A stretch of 64,000 nt of DNA from Macrostomum hystrix. Taxonomy: Eukaryota > Animalia > Platyhelminthes. The stretch covers positions 22,816,001 through 22,880,000 of the forward strand of contig CATNEN010000038.1 of NCBI GenBank assembly GCA_950097015.1, given 5' to 3'. The translations under genes were made by a program, and so were the position numbers. Position 1 is the stretch's first letter. Each line of letters opens with the position of its first letter. Below, in pieces: positions 27,101-38,800 of the stretch. Below the pieces are notes generated by a model that saw nothing but the letters and a program-made list of their open reading frames with translations, was not told the DNA's origin and did no database searches.

Positions 27101-30100
27101 GATTTCTGACAAAGAGTGACTGAAGACTGAATGATTTCTGACAAAGAGTGACTGAAGACTGAATGATTTCTGATAAGGAGTGACTGAAGACTGAATGATT
27201 TCTGACAAAGAGTGACTGAAGACTGAATGATTTCTGACAAAGAGTGACTGAAGACTGAATGATTTCTGACAAAGAGTGACTGAAGACTGAATGATTTCTG
27301 ACAAAGAGTGACTGAAGACTGAATGATTTCTGACAAAGAGTGACTGAAGACTGAATGATTTCTGACAAAGAGTGACTGAAGACTGAATGATTTCTGATAA
27401 GGAGTGACTGAAGACTGAATGATTTCTGACAAAGAGTGACTGAAGACTGAATGATTTCTGATAAGGAGTGACTGAAGACTGAATGATTTCTGACAAAGAG
27501 TGACTGAAGACTGAATGATTATTGACAGTGACTGAAGAGTAAAGTATTTAGCAAATGTTTCACAAACCTGGCATGTAGAGTGACAAAGGCAGTTTAGCAA
27601 TCCTGACCAGGTGATACTGGTTGAAGCCCTGGAGCTGGTGGAGGCAGTGCTGGCTAGCATTGTCGTCCACGCTGCAGCAGCAGCCGCAGTCGCCGGGAAA
27701 AGATGGCAGTAACAGTTCAACAGAATTGAATTTCCTAGTTTTATCCTCAGTGTAGGGATTTGCCACAATGAGGTAGCCGCGCACGTAGCTCATACCTGAC
27801 CGGGGTGTTGAGTTTAAGTCCAGTTCGGCTTGGCGATTTGGCAGCATGTGATGATAGCGGGCAAGGCGGAGAAGCTCCTGCGTTAGAAAAGTTTTTTTAA
27901 CGGCTTTGTCAGCGATTTAGAATGCTTTCATTATTTATGCAAATTATAATGACTATATGTAATTACTTATACTCAAAACCTGTTAAAAATCCTTATAACG
28001 TGAATCTTAGATTCCTACCCAAAGCCCGTTAATCTTGGATCGGCCTACTCAAAACCCGTAATTTAGATTCCTACTCAAAGTCCGTTAATCTTAGATTCAT
28101 ACTCAATGCCCGTTAATCCTAGATCCCTACTCAAAACCTGTTAATCCTAGATCCCTACTCAAAACCTGTTAATCCTAGATCGCTACTCAAACCCGTTAAT
28201 CTTAGATCCCTACTCAAACCCGTTAATCCTAGATCCCTACTCAAAACCTGTTAATCCTAGATCCCTACTCAAACCCGTTAATCCTAGATCCCTACTCAAA
28301 ACCTGTTAATCCTAGATCCCTACTCAAAACCTGTTAATCCTAGATTCTCAAACTCGTTAATCTTAGATCCCTACTCAATACCCGCTAATCCTAGAACCCT
28401 ACTCAAAACTCGATATATAGAATCTAATCTTATAATCTAAAATCTAATCTCACCTGTACTCTCGAGTCGGCCTGCAGCATCGGTTCACATTCTACCCGGT
28501 CGCACAGATAATAACAGCTCATGCAGGCGAATCGGACTTGTCGCATTGCTTCAAAGGCGTGCCCCAATCGAGTGGTCGGATCGCGTGCAAGCCAAGCTAG
28601 GCAAGCCTCGAAAACGGATTCCTCAGTGGGGACAGACAAGAAGTCGTCGCGAATAATTTCAGCTAGCTTATTGGCTGGCAGACTGAGGAATTCGTCTTGG
28701 TGACAGATCTGGATTAAGTTGGGCTTGACGAGTTTAGATACTGAGAATTTGTGGCCTCGCCGCGGAATCGAGCTCAGGGACCTTGACCGCTCTATCACCC
28801 ACCCCATACCCTTAGAGTGTACACTTATTTAGTTTTTCTTTTTCTAAACTAGCCTACTTAAAGTAGGCTTGATAGAATCAATGTTAAAATTAGCGCCAAC
28901 CTCTTGAAAACTGGAGCCCATAACAGCCCTAGCCAGCTGGGCCAAGGCGTGACAATCGTGCAGTTTTCCAAAGAAGTACACAGGCAAGCAGTTGGCTTTG
29001 GTCACGTGTCGCTGCATATAGTCGGCGCAGGCCGATTTTAGCGACGGCAGCTGAAGCAGATTGGCGGCAGAGAGCAGGCACTGTACAGTGTCCAAGCTGA
29101 GATTAACTGCGCCGGTGTAGATATAAGCTAGCACCAAGTCGAATGTGCTAGGCTCCATATCTGTGAGGGTCACCCGGTTGCTGACCGATTCGCGCAGATT
29201 GTGACTAAACATGGCCATGAAGAATGGACTGGAGATGGCCAAAATGTTCTTGTGGGCCGCGAATGTTACCTGCAGAGAGCGTGATGTACATTGAAGTCAT
29301 CTTGGTCAGGACTGAATGTACATTTGGTGTGAGGAGGTTGGCCTAGATTGAATGTACTTTTGGAGTGAGTAGGTTGGTCAGGACTGAATGTACATTTGGT
29401 GTGAGGAGGTTGGCCTAGATTGAATGTACATTTGGAGTGAGGAGGTTGGTCAGGACTGAATGTACATTTGGTGTGAGGAGGTTGGTCAAGATTGAATGTA
29501 CATTTGGAGTGAGGAGGTTGGTCAGGACTGAATGTACATTTGGTGTGAGGAGGTTGGCCAAGATTGAATGTACATTTGGTGTGAGGAGGTTGGCCTAGAT
29601 TGAATGTACATTTGGAGTGAGGAGGTTGGTCAAGATTGAATGTACATTTGGAATGATGAGGTTTGTCAACGCCGAATAGAAATTACAATTGAAGTCAGGT
29701 TGGTATAGATTGAATGCACAGTGGAGTAAGGTTGTGTGAGATCGAATGTACCTCACTATGAGGGCTTGGTATAAAATAAAAATAAAAGCACAAATGGCAC
29801 CCACCCCTCCAACAGCAATTTCAACATCAGCAAACTGTTTCGTCTCGTAAAGATTTCGAAACGCTTTAGCCAATCGCTCGGATCTATGCGAGTCAACAAA
29901 TCGAACAGTCTCAGCGGCAACATCAGCGCCAGCAGCAGCAGAGTCGCCCGGAGTCGATGCCGCATCACCAGACGCTACAGAGTGACTATTATTAGCCACA
30001 TTAGCCATTGTGGAAGAGGCATCAGCGGCGACTGTAGAATTAGATATCGCAGCCGCGGATGATCGATTCATATTGCGAGCCAATCGATTGCCACCGCCTG

Positions 30101-30257
30101 AGGCGCTGCTGCCGTGAGTACAGGGGCAGAAATTTGACGTTGGCTGCAGCTGCATTGGCAATGCCTGATTGTGAGCAGCTTGATGCTGATGCTGATGATG
30201 CGGCTGGTGCGGCCTTGGCAATGGCAGGGGAATTAGGGGCTGCTGATAGCCGGACAT
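21160..30257 (-). CDS. BTB-BACK-Kelch (KLHL-family) protein, 783 aa, probable CUL3 substrate adaptor
   Basis: Exons 30257-29805, 29269-28901, 28708-28454, 27877-27568, 23596-23194, 21721-21160 (2352 nt, in frame, GT-AG). BTB (FADVEIAVGG|VTFAAHKNILAISSPFFMAMF), BACK (EFLSL...EESVFEACLAW...VRF), kelch repeats (VYAVGG, LYAFGG, LYVIGG...W). Confidence 0.92.
21815..22295. repeat. 22-bp minisatellite, Kelch-gene intron 5
   Basis: Unit GGCAATCCTAGGGATAAATACA. Confidence 0.95.
22305..22535 (-). mobile_element. SINE family A, 5'-truncated copy
   Basis: Matches 38485-38700; A/T-triplet tail; core ACACTTAACTCTGCATTGCTTCAGTTCACCCAGCTGTTAAATGGGTACC resembles the Nin/Deu SINE domain. Confidence 0.8.
22622..23080. 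repeat. 20-bp minisatellite, Kelch-gene intron 5
   Basis: Unit GGGAATCTAGGGATATTATA. Confidence 0.95.
23620..24020. repeat. 22-bp minisatellite abutting the intron 4 acceptor of the Kelch gene
   Basis: Unit GAGTGAGGGATTAGCGAGATTA. Confidence 0.95.
24550..25562. repeat. 22/24-bp minisatellite, Kelch-gene intron 4
   Basis: Unit GAGAGTGTCAGACAGGTGAGATTG. Confidence 0.95.
26105..27537. repeat. 32-bp minisatellite (~44 units) abutting the intron 4 donor of the Kelch gene
   Basis: Unit GACTGAAGACTGAATGATTTCTGA(CAAA/TAAG)GAGT, two alternating variants. Confidence 0.97.
28000..28410. repeat. ~27-28-bp minisatellite, Kelch-gene intron 3
   Basis: Unit GTTAATCCTAGATCCCTACTCAAAACCT. Confidence 0.92.
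28748..28805 (-). mobile_element. SINE family B head remnant in Kelch-gene intron 2
   Basis: GTGGCCTCGCCGCGGAATCGAGCTCAGGGACCTTG matches 30852-30886. Confidence 0.65.
29300..29660. repeat. 36-bp minisatellite, Kelch-gene intron 1
   Basis: Unit GAATGTACATTTGGTGTGAGGAGGTTGGTCAGGACT. Confidence 0.95.
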
Positions 30258-30374
30258 GACAAGGTGTAGCTATTCGAGGCTGTGTAAGCGATGCTTACTG
30301 AAATTATTTGCATTTAAAGGCTTTGGTTTCATTCTTCAACGATTAAAGAATAACTTAAATATTAATAAAAAATT

Positions 30375-31030
30375 GATTATACCTGCCACAATTAGGTCCG
30401 ATGTGCTGTCGACAACAAAGCCGCAGCTATTGCGAGGCGAATCTGAAGGCTGCGTACAGCTGTTCAGTCCATGGACTGGGGGACGCCACACCCACCCTTA
30501 ATTATCCCAGCTAATGCTGGTGCCCATTTAACAGCTGGGTGAACTGAAGCAATGCATACTTAAGTATCTTAAATAATAATTGCAGGAGGGCTGCGGGCAA
30601 TGGCACACCATTCGGTGACACTAGACCCGCAGCCAGCAAGGAGGCAATTCTGCCCATTTCGCTGACTCCTGAGCACACACGCACACAGATACCGTACGCA
30701 GGCACACGCTCACACAGGTGTGTACATCTGCCCTGACTTTCTCATCGTCAGGCAGTGTACATTTCACTGTGCCTTGGAGGTTGGCCCTCAAGGACGTAAA
30801 TTGCACGACAAGCCCCCAAGCCTTCTCTCCGCGGCTGCGCCCCAAATAAATGTGGCCTCGCCGTGGAATCGAACTCAGGGACCTTGGTGCGAGAGGCAAA
30901 CGCGTTAACCGCTCTGCCACCGACCCCCGTTAAGTATCTTACTAAAGGACACAAATTGTATAAGCGGATTTGGGAATCGAACCCCCGACCTTCAAGTCAC
31001 GAGTCCGACGCTTCAATTCCTAGTCTACAA
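30375..31030 (-). mobile_element. SINE family A copy interrupted by a SINE family B insertion
   Basis: 30375-30571 matches the 3' part and 30930-31030 the 5' tRNA-like part of the intact copy at 38485-38781. Confidence 0.85.
30572..30929 (-). mobile_element. SINE family B, full-length (~357 bp)
   Basis: tRNA-like head with A box TGGCAGAGCGG and B box AGTTCGATTCC; (ATT)n tail; 12-bp TSD TTAAGTATCTTA at 30560-30571 and 30930-30941. Confidence 0.88.
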
Positions 31031-31563
31031 CCAATTTTCGTCTTAATCTTCAATTAAAAATATTAATTTAGCTAGATATAAAGCTGGTTCGCTAAACAGA
31101 AATAAATGTTAAGAAGCAGAAATTTTTTTAAAAACATTTTAAAACAGTTTATTTTGCTTATAGCCTTGTTAAAAATACTACTAGGCTTACAAGGCTGCTA
31201 CATTTATAATTAAGCAGACCAATAAAAAAAGTTTCATAATAAACATTTTCAGTACTTGTAGAAGAGCAGAACATAAAAACTTTGAAATATTAAAAACATA
31301 GGCCGAACTATGAGTATGCATAGCATTGTGTTTAACAAAGATTTGGGCATGCTTTAAGAAACAACAACTTTTATATTTACAGCTAGTTATTAGAAAAATT
31401 ATTAGACAAAGGCTTATAAAAACTAAGTTCAAGTGTCTTTGAGTCGATACTGACGCAAGTGAATATATATGAAAATACAACATACAGGCTTTTAAATGTA
31501 GAACGTCAGTGTTCCTATTTTATACAGTTTATGACATGTTTATTGTGTATTGTTCACTAAACA

Positions 31564-33160
31564 TTCAATCTATTCTCACTGCCTACTTAAATCTATTCTC
31601 ACTGTCTACTTCAATCTATTCTCACTGTCTACTTCAATCTATTCTCACTGTCTACTTCAATCTGTCTCACTGTCTACTTCAATCTATTCTCACTGTCTAC
31701 TTCAATCTATACTCACTGTCTACTTCAATATATACTCACTGTCTACTTCAATCTATTCTCACTGTCTACTTCAATCTATACTCACTGTCTACTTCAATCT
31801 ATTCTCACTGTCTACTTCAATCTATTCTCACTGTCTACTTCAATCTATACTCACTGTCTACTTCAATCTATTCTCACTGTCTACTTCAATCTATTCTCAC
31901 TGTCTACTTCAATCTATTCTCACTGTCTACTTCAATCTATTCTCACTGTCTACTTAAATCTATTCTCACTGTCTACTTCAATCTATTCTCACTGTCTACT
32001 TCAATCTATTCTCACTGTCTAATTCAATCTATTCTCACTGTTTAATTCAATCTATTCTCACTGTCTACTTCAATCTATCTCACTGTCTACTTCAATCTAT
32101 TCTCACTGTCTACTTCAATCTATTCTCACTGGCTACTTCAATCTATTCTCACTGCCTACTTCAATCTATTCTCACTGGCTACTTCAATCTATTCTCACTG
32201 TCTACTTCAATCTATTCTCACTGTCTACTTAAATCTATTCTCACTGTCTACTTCAATCTATTCTCACTGTCTACTTCAATCTATTCTCACTGTTTAATTC
32301 AATCTATTCTCACTGTCTACTTCAATCTATCTCACTGTCTACTTCAATCTATTCTCACTGGCTACTTCAATCTATTCTCACTGCCTACTTCAATCTATTC
32401 TCACTGGCTACTTCAATCTATTCTCACTGTCTACTTCAATCTATTCTCACTGTCTACTTAAATCTATTCTCACTGTCTACTTCAATCTATTCTCACTGTC
32501 TACTTCAATCTATTCTCACTGTCTAATTCAATCTATTCTCACTGTTTAATTCAATCTATTCTCACTGTCTACTTCAATCTATTCTCACTGTCTACTTCAA
32601 TCTATTCTCACTGTCTAATTCAATCTATTCTCACTGTTTAATTCAATCTATTCTCACTGTCTACTTCAATCTATTCTCACTGGCTACTTCAATCTATTCT
32701 CACTGCCTACTTCAATCTATTCTCACTGGCTACTTCAATCTATTCTCACTGTCTACTTCAATCTATTCTCACTGTCTACTTAAATCTATTCTCACTGTCT
32801 ACTTCAATCTATTCTCACTGTCTACTTCAATCTATTCTCACTGTTTAATTCAATCTATTCTCACTGTCTACTTCAATCTATCTCACTGTCTACTTCAATC
32901 TATTCTCACTGGCTACTTTAATCTATTCTCACTGCCTACTTCAATCTATTCTCACTGGCTACTTCAATCTATTCTCACTGTCTACTTCAATCTATTCTCA
33001 CTGTCTACTTAAATCTATTCTCACTGTCTACTTCAATCTATTCTCACTGTCTACTTCAATCTATTCTCACTGTCTAATTCAATCTATTCTCACTGTTTAA
33101 TTCAATCTATTCTCACTGTCTACTTCAATCTATTCTCACTGTCTACTTCAATCTATTCTC
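31564..33160. repeat. 23-bp minisatellite (~69 units) between MOB4 and the Kelch gene
   Basis: Unit TTCAATCTATTCTCACTGTCTAC. Confidence 0.97.
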
Positions 33161-33666
33161 CTCTAGATATTCATTAAAAATTAAATTATTCGTGGATAAA
33201 GACATGACAATTGATTGTTTAAATAGAATAGCTAGATTTTTAAGAAACACAAAAGCTAAAATTGCGCATGATTAATCGATTACGTGTTTTTATGAGTGCG
33301 TTATTAAAGGATTTACCAGATTTGCAAATTCAGTAAAGTTTTCATAATTTAAAAAACGGTTCATCTTCTTTAATACAATAGTGATAAGGAGGACATTATT
33401 GCCTGTTAACAGTAGAAATAGCATTGTTTTGTATCTACCAAAAATATTCAATTCCAGTTGCCATGAAAATACTGAAATTGGACAATATCGTATATTCGTA
33501 TCTCGACGATGTCAATTTCTGACGTTAGTTCATCGATGTAGGCAGTGGCTATCTGTAATATCGAGGTCTTTCTACTGCTAAAGCCAAACCATAATCATTA
33601 GGCCTTTATAATTAAAAAGTTTTTTGTTAGAATAATAAGACAATAATAAACTTCCAAGTGTTCAAT

Positions 33667-34440
33667 TTAAGCTTCGGTTTCGCTAGACGAAGATTCAGTC
33701 TTGCCAGCAATGGTCGGTGAGCCGCTAATAACGCTGGTACCAATGTCTCCTCCGCCTACTGCTGAATCGTTGCCTAGCAACTCCTCCAAAACTGGCACAA
33801 TGAGAATCTCTTTAGTCATGAGTTGGTATTTCATGACAAATACTGTAAATCGGCGACAAAGATAAGTCTCCTCTTCGAAGGCGTCGAATATTTCTCGATG
33901 ATGAAAATATGCGTGGGAAAATACGCGATAGACGCGTCGACAGATGCTAGCCAGTTTGCCTATGCTGGCATCTTTAATGCTGACTCGGCTTGGAAAATAT
34001 TTACTACTATTTAATAGGCAGGCGGCTCCATCCAGGGTGTGCCTAGTATAGTCTATGGCCGAACATTCCATCGGGGTGCGATGAGCGGCGCACAGGAAGA
34101 TCCACTGCTCGGTGGCGGTCATCTGGCTGCAGACATCCGGGTGACATTCGGCTTGCAGGCGAACAGCTAGTCCGTTTAATTCCATGCAGAATTGACGCAA
34201 ATGTTCGTATTTCCAAACGTTAACATCTTGACCATCAGGCAGGCTAAGGATTAGATCAACATTGGATGGATCGGCTTTAGTTAGCTGTTGAATATACTGT
34301 TGCACAGTTAAGGTCGAGTCCATCTCGTCGAAGCTTTGATCCGGCCAGTTGCTCCATTGGGCCCGACTAGTGCCTGGTAGATTTCTGCGAATTAATTTCT
34401 GCGGCTCAGCAGAAGACGATGAGGCTAGCGCCGAAGCCAT
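33667..34440 (-). CDS. MOB4: MOB kinase activator 4 / phocein (STRIPAK component), single coding exon, 257 aa
   Basis: RRNLPGT...[21 protein letters not shown]...[79 protein letters not shown], the MOB4 signature. Confidence 0.97.
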   Translation of the reverse strand: MASALASSSSAEPQKLIRRNLPGTSRAQWSNWPDQSFDEMDSTLTVQQYIQQLTKADPSNVDLILSLPDGQDVNVWKYEHLRQFCMELNGLAVRLQAECHPDVCSQMTATEQWIFLCAAHRTPMECSAIDYTRHTLDGAACLLNSSKYFPSRVSIKDASIGKLASICRRVYRVFSHAYFHHREIFDAFEEETYLCRRFTVFVMKYQLMTKEILIVPVLEELLGNDSAVGGGDIGTSVISGSPTIAGKTESSSSETEA

Positions 34441-34574
34441 TCGATTATGCTTTTTTGTTTAACTTAGCAACTAAACGCGCGTTAAAATGTAGATTTTTTA
34501 GGAGGCTCTAAAATTATTCAATAAGCATAAAATATGATTCTTAAGGTGCAAGACAAAATTCAAATTATTATGAG

Positions 34575-35015
34575 TTTCTATGGCCAGAACTAATGAACTA
34601 GTTAATCTGTCTATGGCCAGAACACATATACTAACCAATGTGTCTATGGCCAGAACACATATACTAACCAATGTGTCTATGGCCAGAACACATATACTAA
34701 CCAATGTGTCTATGGCCAGAACACATATACTAATCAATTTGTCTATGGTCAGAACTAATGAACTAGTTAATCTGTCTATGGCCAGAACCGATATACTAAC
34801 CAATGTGTCTATGGCCATAACTAATCGACTAATCAATGTGTCTATGGCCATAACTAATCGACTAGTCAATGTGTCTATGGCCATAACTAATTGACATTTC
34901 AATGTGTCTCTGGCCATAACTAATCGACTAGTCAATGTGTCTATGGCCATAATTAATCGACTAGTCAATGTGTCTATGGCCATAACTAATTGACTTGTCA
35001 ATGTGTCTATGGCCA
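34575..35015. repeat. 33-bp minisatellite between COG6 and MOB4
   Basis: Unit CTATGGCCAGAACACATATACTAACCAATGTGT and variants. Confidence 0.93.
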
Positions 35016-35479
35016 GATCCCGCCTAGTCGTTGCATCTAAAGACAAAACCCTAAAATTCAAAGGGAGTGTCTGTGTCTTCAATTGCTATTGTCTATGGTA
35101 AAAAATGTTAATATTACAAGTCTGTTTAAATCAATAAACATGACAGCTTTTCATGTACTAGCACGTAGTTTACTTAGTAAGCAAAGGATAGTTATATATA
35201 TGGAATTCTTGTCATACACATTTAGTGGCAATTAAGTAAAGCATTGAAATAAGACAGTTAATAACCCACGTGACCAAATTATGAAAAGTCGAAGATATTT
35301 GTCCATCAAAAATCAGAAACAAACAAAGAAACATCTAGAGAAAACTGTTTTTAATAACGCGAAGCAGAAACCAGACGCTGTGATTGCGATATAATGTTAA
35401 GCTAGAAAACTATTTGGTTACTTCAGTAACATCTAAACACGCGTTTCGAGCGAATATTTTGCTAAGTGATGCTGTAGAT

Positions 35480-35720
35480 TTTGAGAGACAGTGTGAATAT
35501 ATTAAGAAACAGTGAGAATAGATTGAGAGACAGTGAGAATAAATTGAGAGACAGTGAGAATAGATTGAGAGACAGTGAGAATAGATTGAGAGACAGTGAG
35601 AATGGATTGAGAGACAGTGAGAATAGATTGAATTAGACAGTGAGAATACATTGAGAGACAGTGAGAAAAGATTGAGAGACAGTGAGAATAGGTTGAGAGA
35701 TACAGTGAGAATAGATTTCA
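35480..35720. repeat. 21-bp minisatellite just downstream of the COG6 stop; inverted relative of the 31.6-33.2 kb array
   Basis: Unit GATTGAGAGACAGTGAGAATA. Confidence 0.93.
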
Positions 35721-35834
35721 AGTCAGTGAAGAACAGAGAAGGAATTGATATGAGAAAATGGTTAATATATCACCTATTGAGTAGACACAGAGACAATACA
35801 AGGCAGCATAGGCCGCAACGATTGGCCCAGAATG

Positions 35835-38800
35835 TCACAGAATAAGCTTAGCAACCTGGTCAGGATTGCGCACCAGGACAGTGGCAAACTCTCGGCCAAA
35901 CAAATTCTCCGGCTTAGTAATGGAGTCGTAGATGATAGTGTAAACAGAGTGTATCTGATCAGCTACCCGCCTAGTAACCAGCTGTCTGAGCTTTGAGCTC
36001 TGCAGCGCCTGCAGCTGCGGCAGGATTAAACTGTCAGGATTAGCCAGGTAGGAATCGAATCTGGAAGCTGCCGACTTCACCGCTGCCAAGGTGAGACAGG
36101 GGGCCTCCAGGTAGGATAGAGGCTGCTGCTGCTGCTGCTGATGCTGATCAACCTGGAGAGATGTTTAATGAAATATTTCATCTTTATCTCATGTCTTAAT
36201 CAGATTCTCTATCCAGTGTCTCTATCGAATTATTTATCCAGTGTCTCTATCAGATGCTCTATCCAGTGTCTCTATCGAATTCTTTATCCAGTGTCTCTAT
36301 CGAATTCTTTATCCAGTGTCTCTATCAGATGCTCTATCCAGTGTCTCTATCGAATTCTTTATCCAGTGTCTCTATCGAATTCTTTATCCAGTGTCTCTAT
36401 CAGATGCTCTATCCAGTGTCTCTATCGAATTCTCTATCCAGTGTCTCTATCGAGTTCTCTATCCAGTGTCTCTATCGAATTCTCTATCCAGTGTCTCTAT
36501 CGAATTCTCTATCTAGCGTCTCTATCAGATGCTCTATCCAGTGTCTCTATCGAATTCTCTATCCAGTGTCTCTATCGAATTCTCTATCTAGCGTCTCTAT
36601 CAGATGCTCTATCCAGTGTCTCTATCGAATTCTCTATCCAGTGTCTCTATCGAATTCTCTATCCAGTGTCTCTATCGAATTCTCTATCCAGTGTCTCTAT
36701 CGAATTCTCTATCCAGTGTCTCTATCAGATTCTTTATCCAGTGTCCCTATCAGATTCTCAATCCAGTGTCTATCAGATTTCAATAAAGTGAAACTCACAG
36801 TCTGGTAGAGCTCCAGCATACGCAGGCTAGCAAGAATGTGAGACAATTGTTCAGCAACTAGCGCATCCAACTGAGGCTCCAGTTGGGCTTGCAAGCGTTC
36901 AATATGCGTCTCGGTAAATTCGTAAGCAGCTAAGCCAGTCTGTAGGTTATGCAGAGAATTGGCCATGAAGATAGACAGCTCCAATGGACTTAGTCGAGTA
37001 GCTGTAACTGAGCACAATTTCAGGAGCGGATCAATGCAGGTGTCCAGCACTTGGCGAAGATCGTCGCGACGCTGCGACAGAGGCGCCATGCCGGAGTCCT
37101 GGGCGGTGAGGACCTGAAGATGAAAATTTTTAATTGAAAACCAGTTATATACACATGTAGTATATATACTCGTATCTATAGACAGGTCTCAATCTGTATC
37201 TGTAGATCTGGTCTCTATCTGGTATGTTAGATCAACAGTACACCTGTCTCTAGATCAACAGTACACCTGTCTCTAGATCAACAGTACACCTGTCTCTAGA
37301 TCAACAGTACACCTGTCTATAGATCAACAGTACACCTGTCTCTAGATCAACAGTACACCTGTCTCTAGATCAACAGTACACCTGTCTATAGATAAACAGT
37401 ACACCTGTCTCTAGATCAACAGTACACCTGTCTCTAGATCAACAGTACACCTGTCTATAGATCAACAGTACACCTGTCTCTAGATCAACAGTACACCTGT
37501 CTCTAGATCAACAGTACACCTGTCTATAGATAAACAGTACACCTGTCTCTAGATCAACAGTACACCTGTCTCTAGATCAACAGTACACCTGTCTATAGAT
37601 CAACAGTACACCTGTCTCTAGATCAACAGTACACCTGTCTCTAGATCAACAGTACACCTGTCTATAGATCAACAGTACACCTGTCTCTAGATCAACAGTA
37701 CACCTGTCTCTAGATCAACAGTACACCTGTCTATAGATCAACAGTACACCTGTCTCTAGATCAACAGTACACCTGTCTCTAGATCAACAGTACACCTGTC
37801 TCTAGTTTTTCACACAAAATATCTCTAGACCTAAACTCTACCGTCTCTAGACAAAATATGTATGTCTCTTCATTTAAACTTGACCTTTCTCTTCATTTAA
37901 ACTTGACCTTTCTCTTCATTTAAACTTGACCTGTCTCTATATTTAAACTCTACCTGTCTATTAGCATTAGCATTACCTGTTGCAGCAATCTAAGCGTCTC
38001 AGCAACAGCTGGCGGAGCCTTCAATCGCTCCCAAGAATCGTCGATAGCGGAACTGTTCGCCAAACCAGTAGCGCCAGCGTAGGCGGCCAACGGTTCTACA
38101 GTTTCCAGCGCTCTCTGGGCGCCATTGGTCAGTGCGCCGAAGAACAGACGCCAACAGAGCTGGCCTAGATCGCCAACTGTGGCAGCTAGAGGGCTAGAAG
38201 AGCCGAGTACTCGGTCAAGTGTCGACTGATGAAAGCGCAACAGATTGTGCAGCCTGTAGAGTACGCTGGCGTCCTGTACTCCAACTAGAGCCTTTAATTG
38301 GATTTCAATTGGGCTGACTATTGAAGATTTGGAGATGGCTAACTAATAAGGCGGGTGTTGGAACGGAGAGTACTGGTAATGGATGGAGAATGGGATTCTA
38401 TCTAGTAAATGAATTTTAGGGTTTAACATAGTGCAGTTGGAGTCGTATTTAAGTACAGTTTAAGTAGTACTTGAGTAAATAACAATAATTGATTACACCT
38501 GCCCCAATCGGGCCGGATATGCAGCCAACAGCACAGCCGCAGCTATCGCACGGCGCTTCTGATGGCTGCGTACAGCTGCGTTCAGTCCATGGACTGGGGG
38601 GACGCCACACCCACCCTTAATTATCCCAGCTAATGCCGCTACCTATTTAACAGCTGGATGAACTGAAGCATCGTAGAGTTAAGTGTATTGCTAATGGACA
38701 CAAATAGTTAAAGTAGAGCCGGGAATCGAACCCCCGACCTTCAAGTCGTCAGTCCGACGCTCTAACCATAATGCAACAAGCTCATTGAGTGCAGTTTGAG

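Noticed and set aside
26093-27768. Three overlapping 400-550 aa ORFs on the minus strand
   Set aside because: A 32-bp intronic satellite lacking stops on one strand; the true Kelch exon 4 frame stops right after the donor (GGT TTG TGA).
38710-38781. tRNA genes (also 15310-15388, 30850-30929, 30960-31030, 39385-39435)
   Set aside because: The A/B boxes belong to SINE heads: acceptor stems do not pair, copies are diverged, and they continue into shared SINE bodies.
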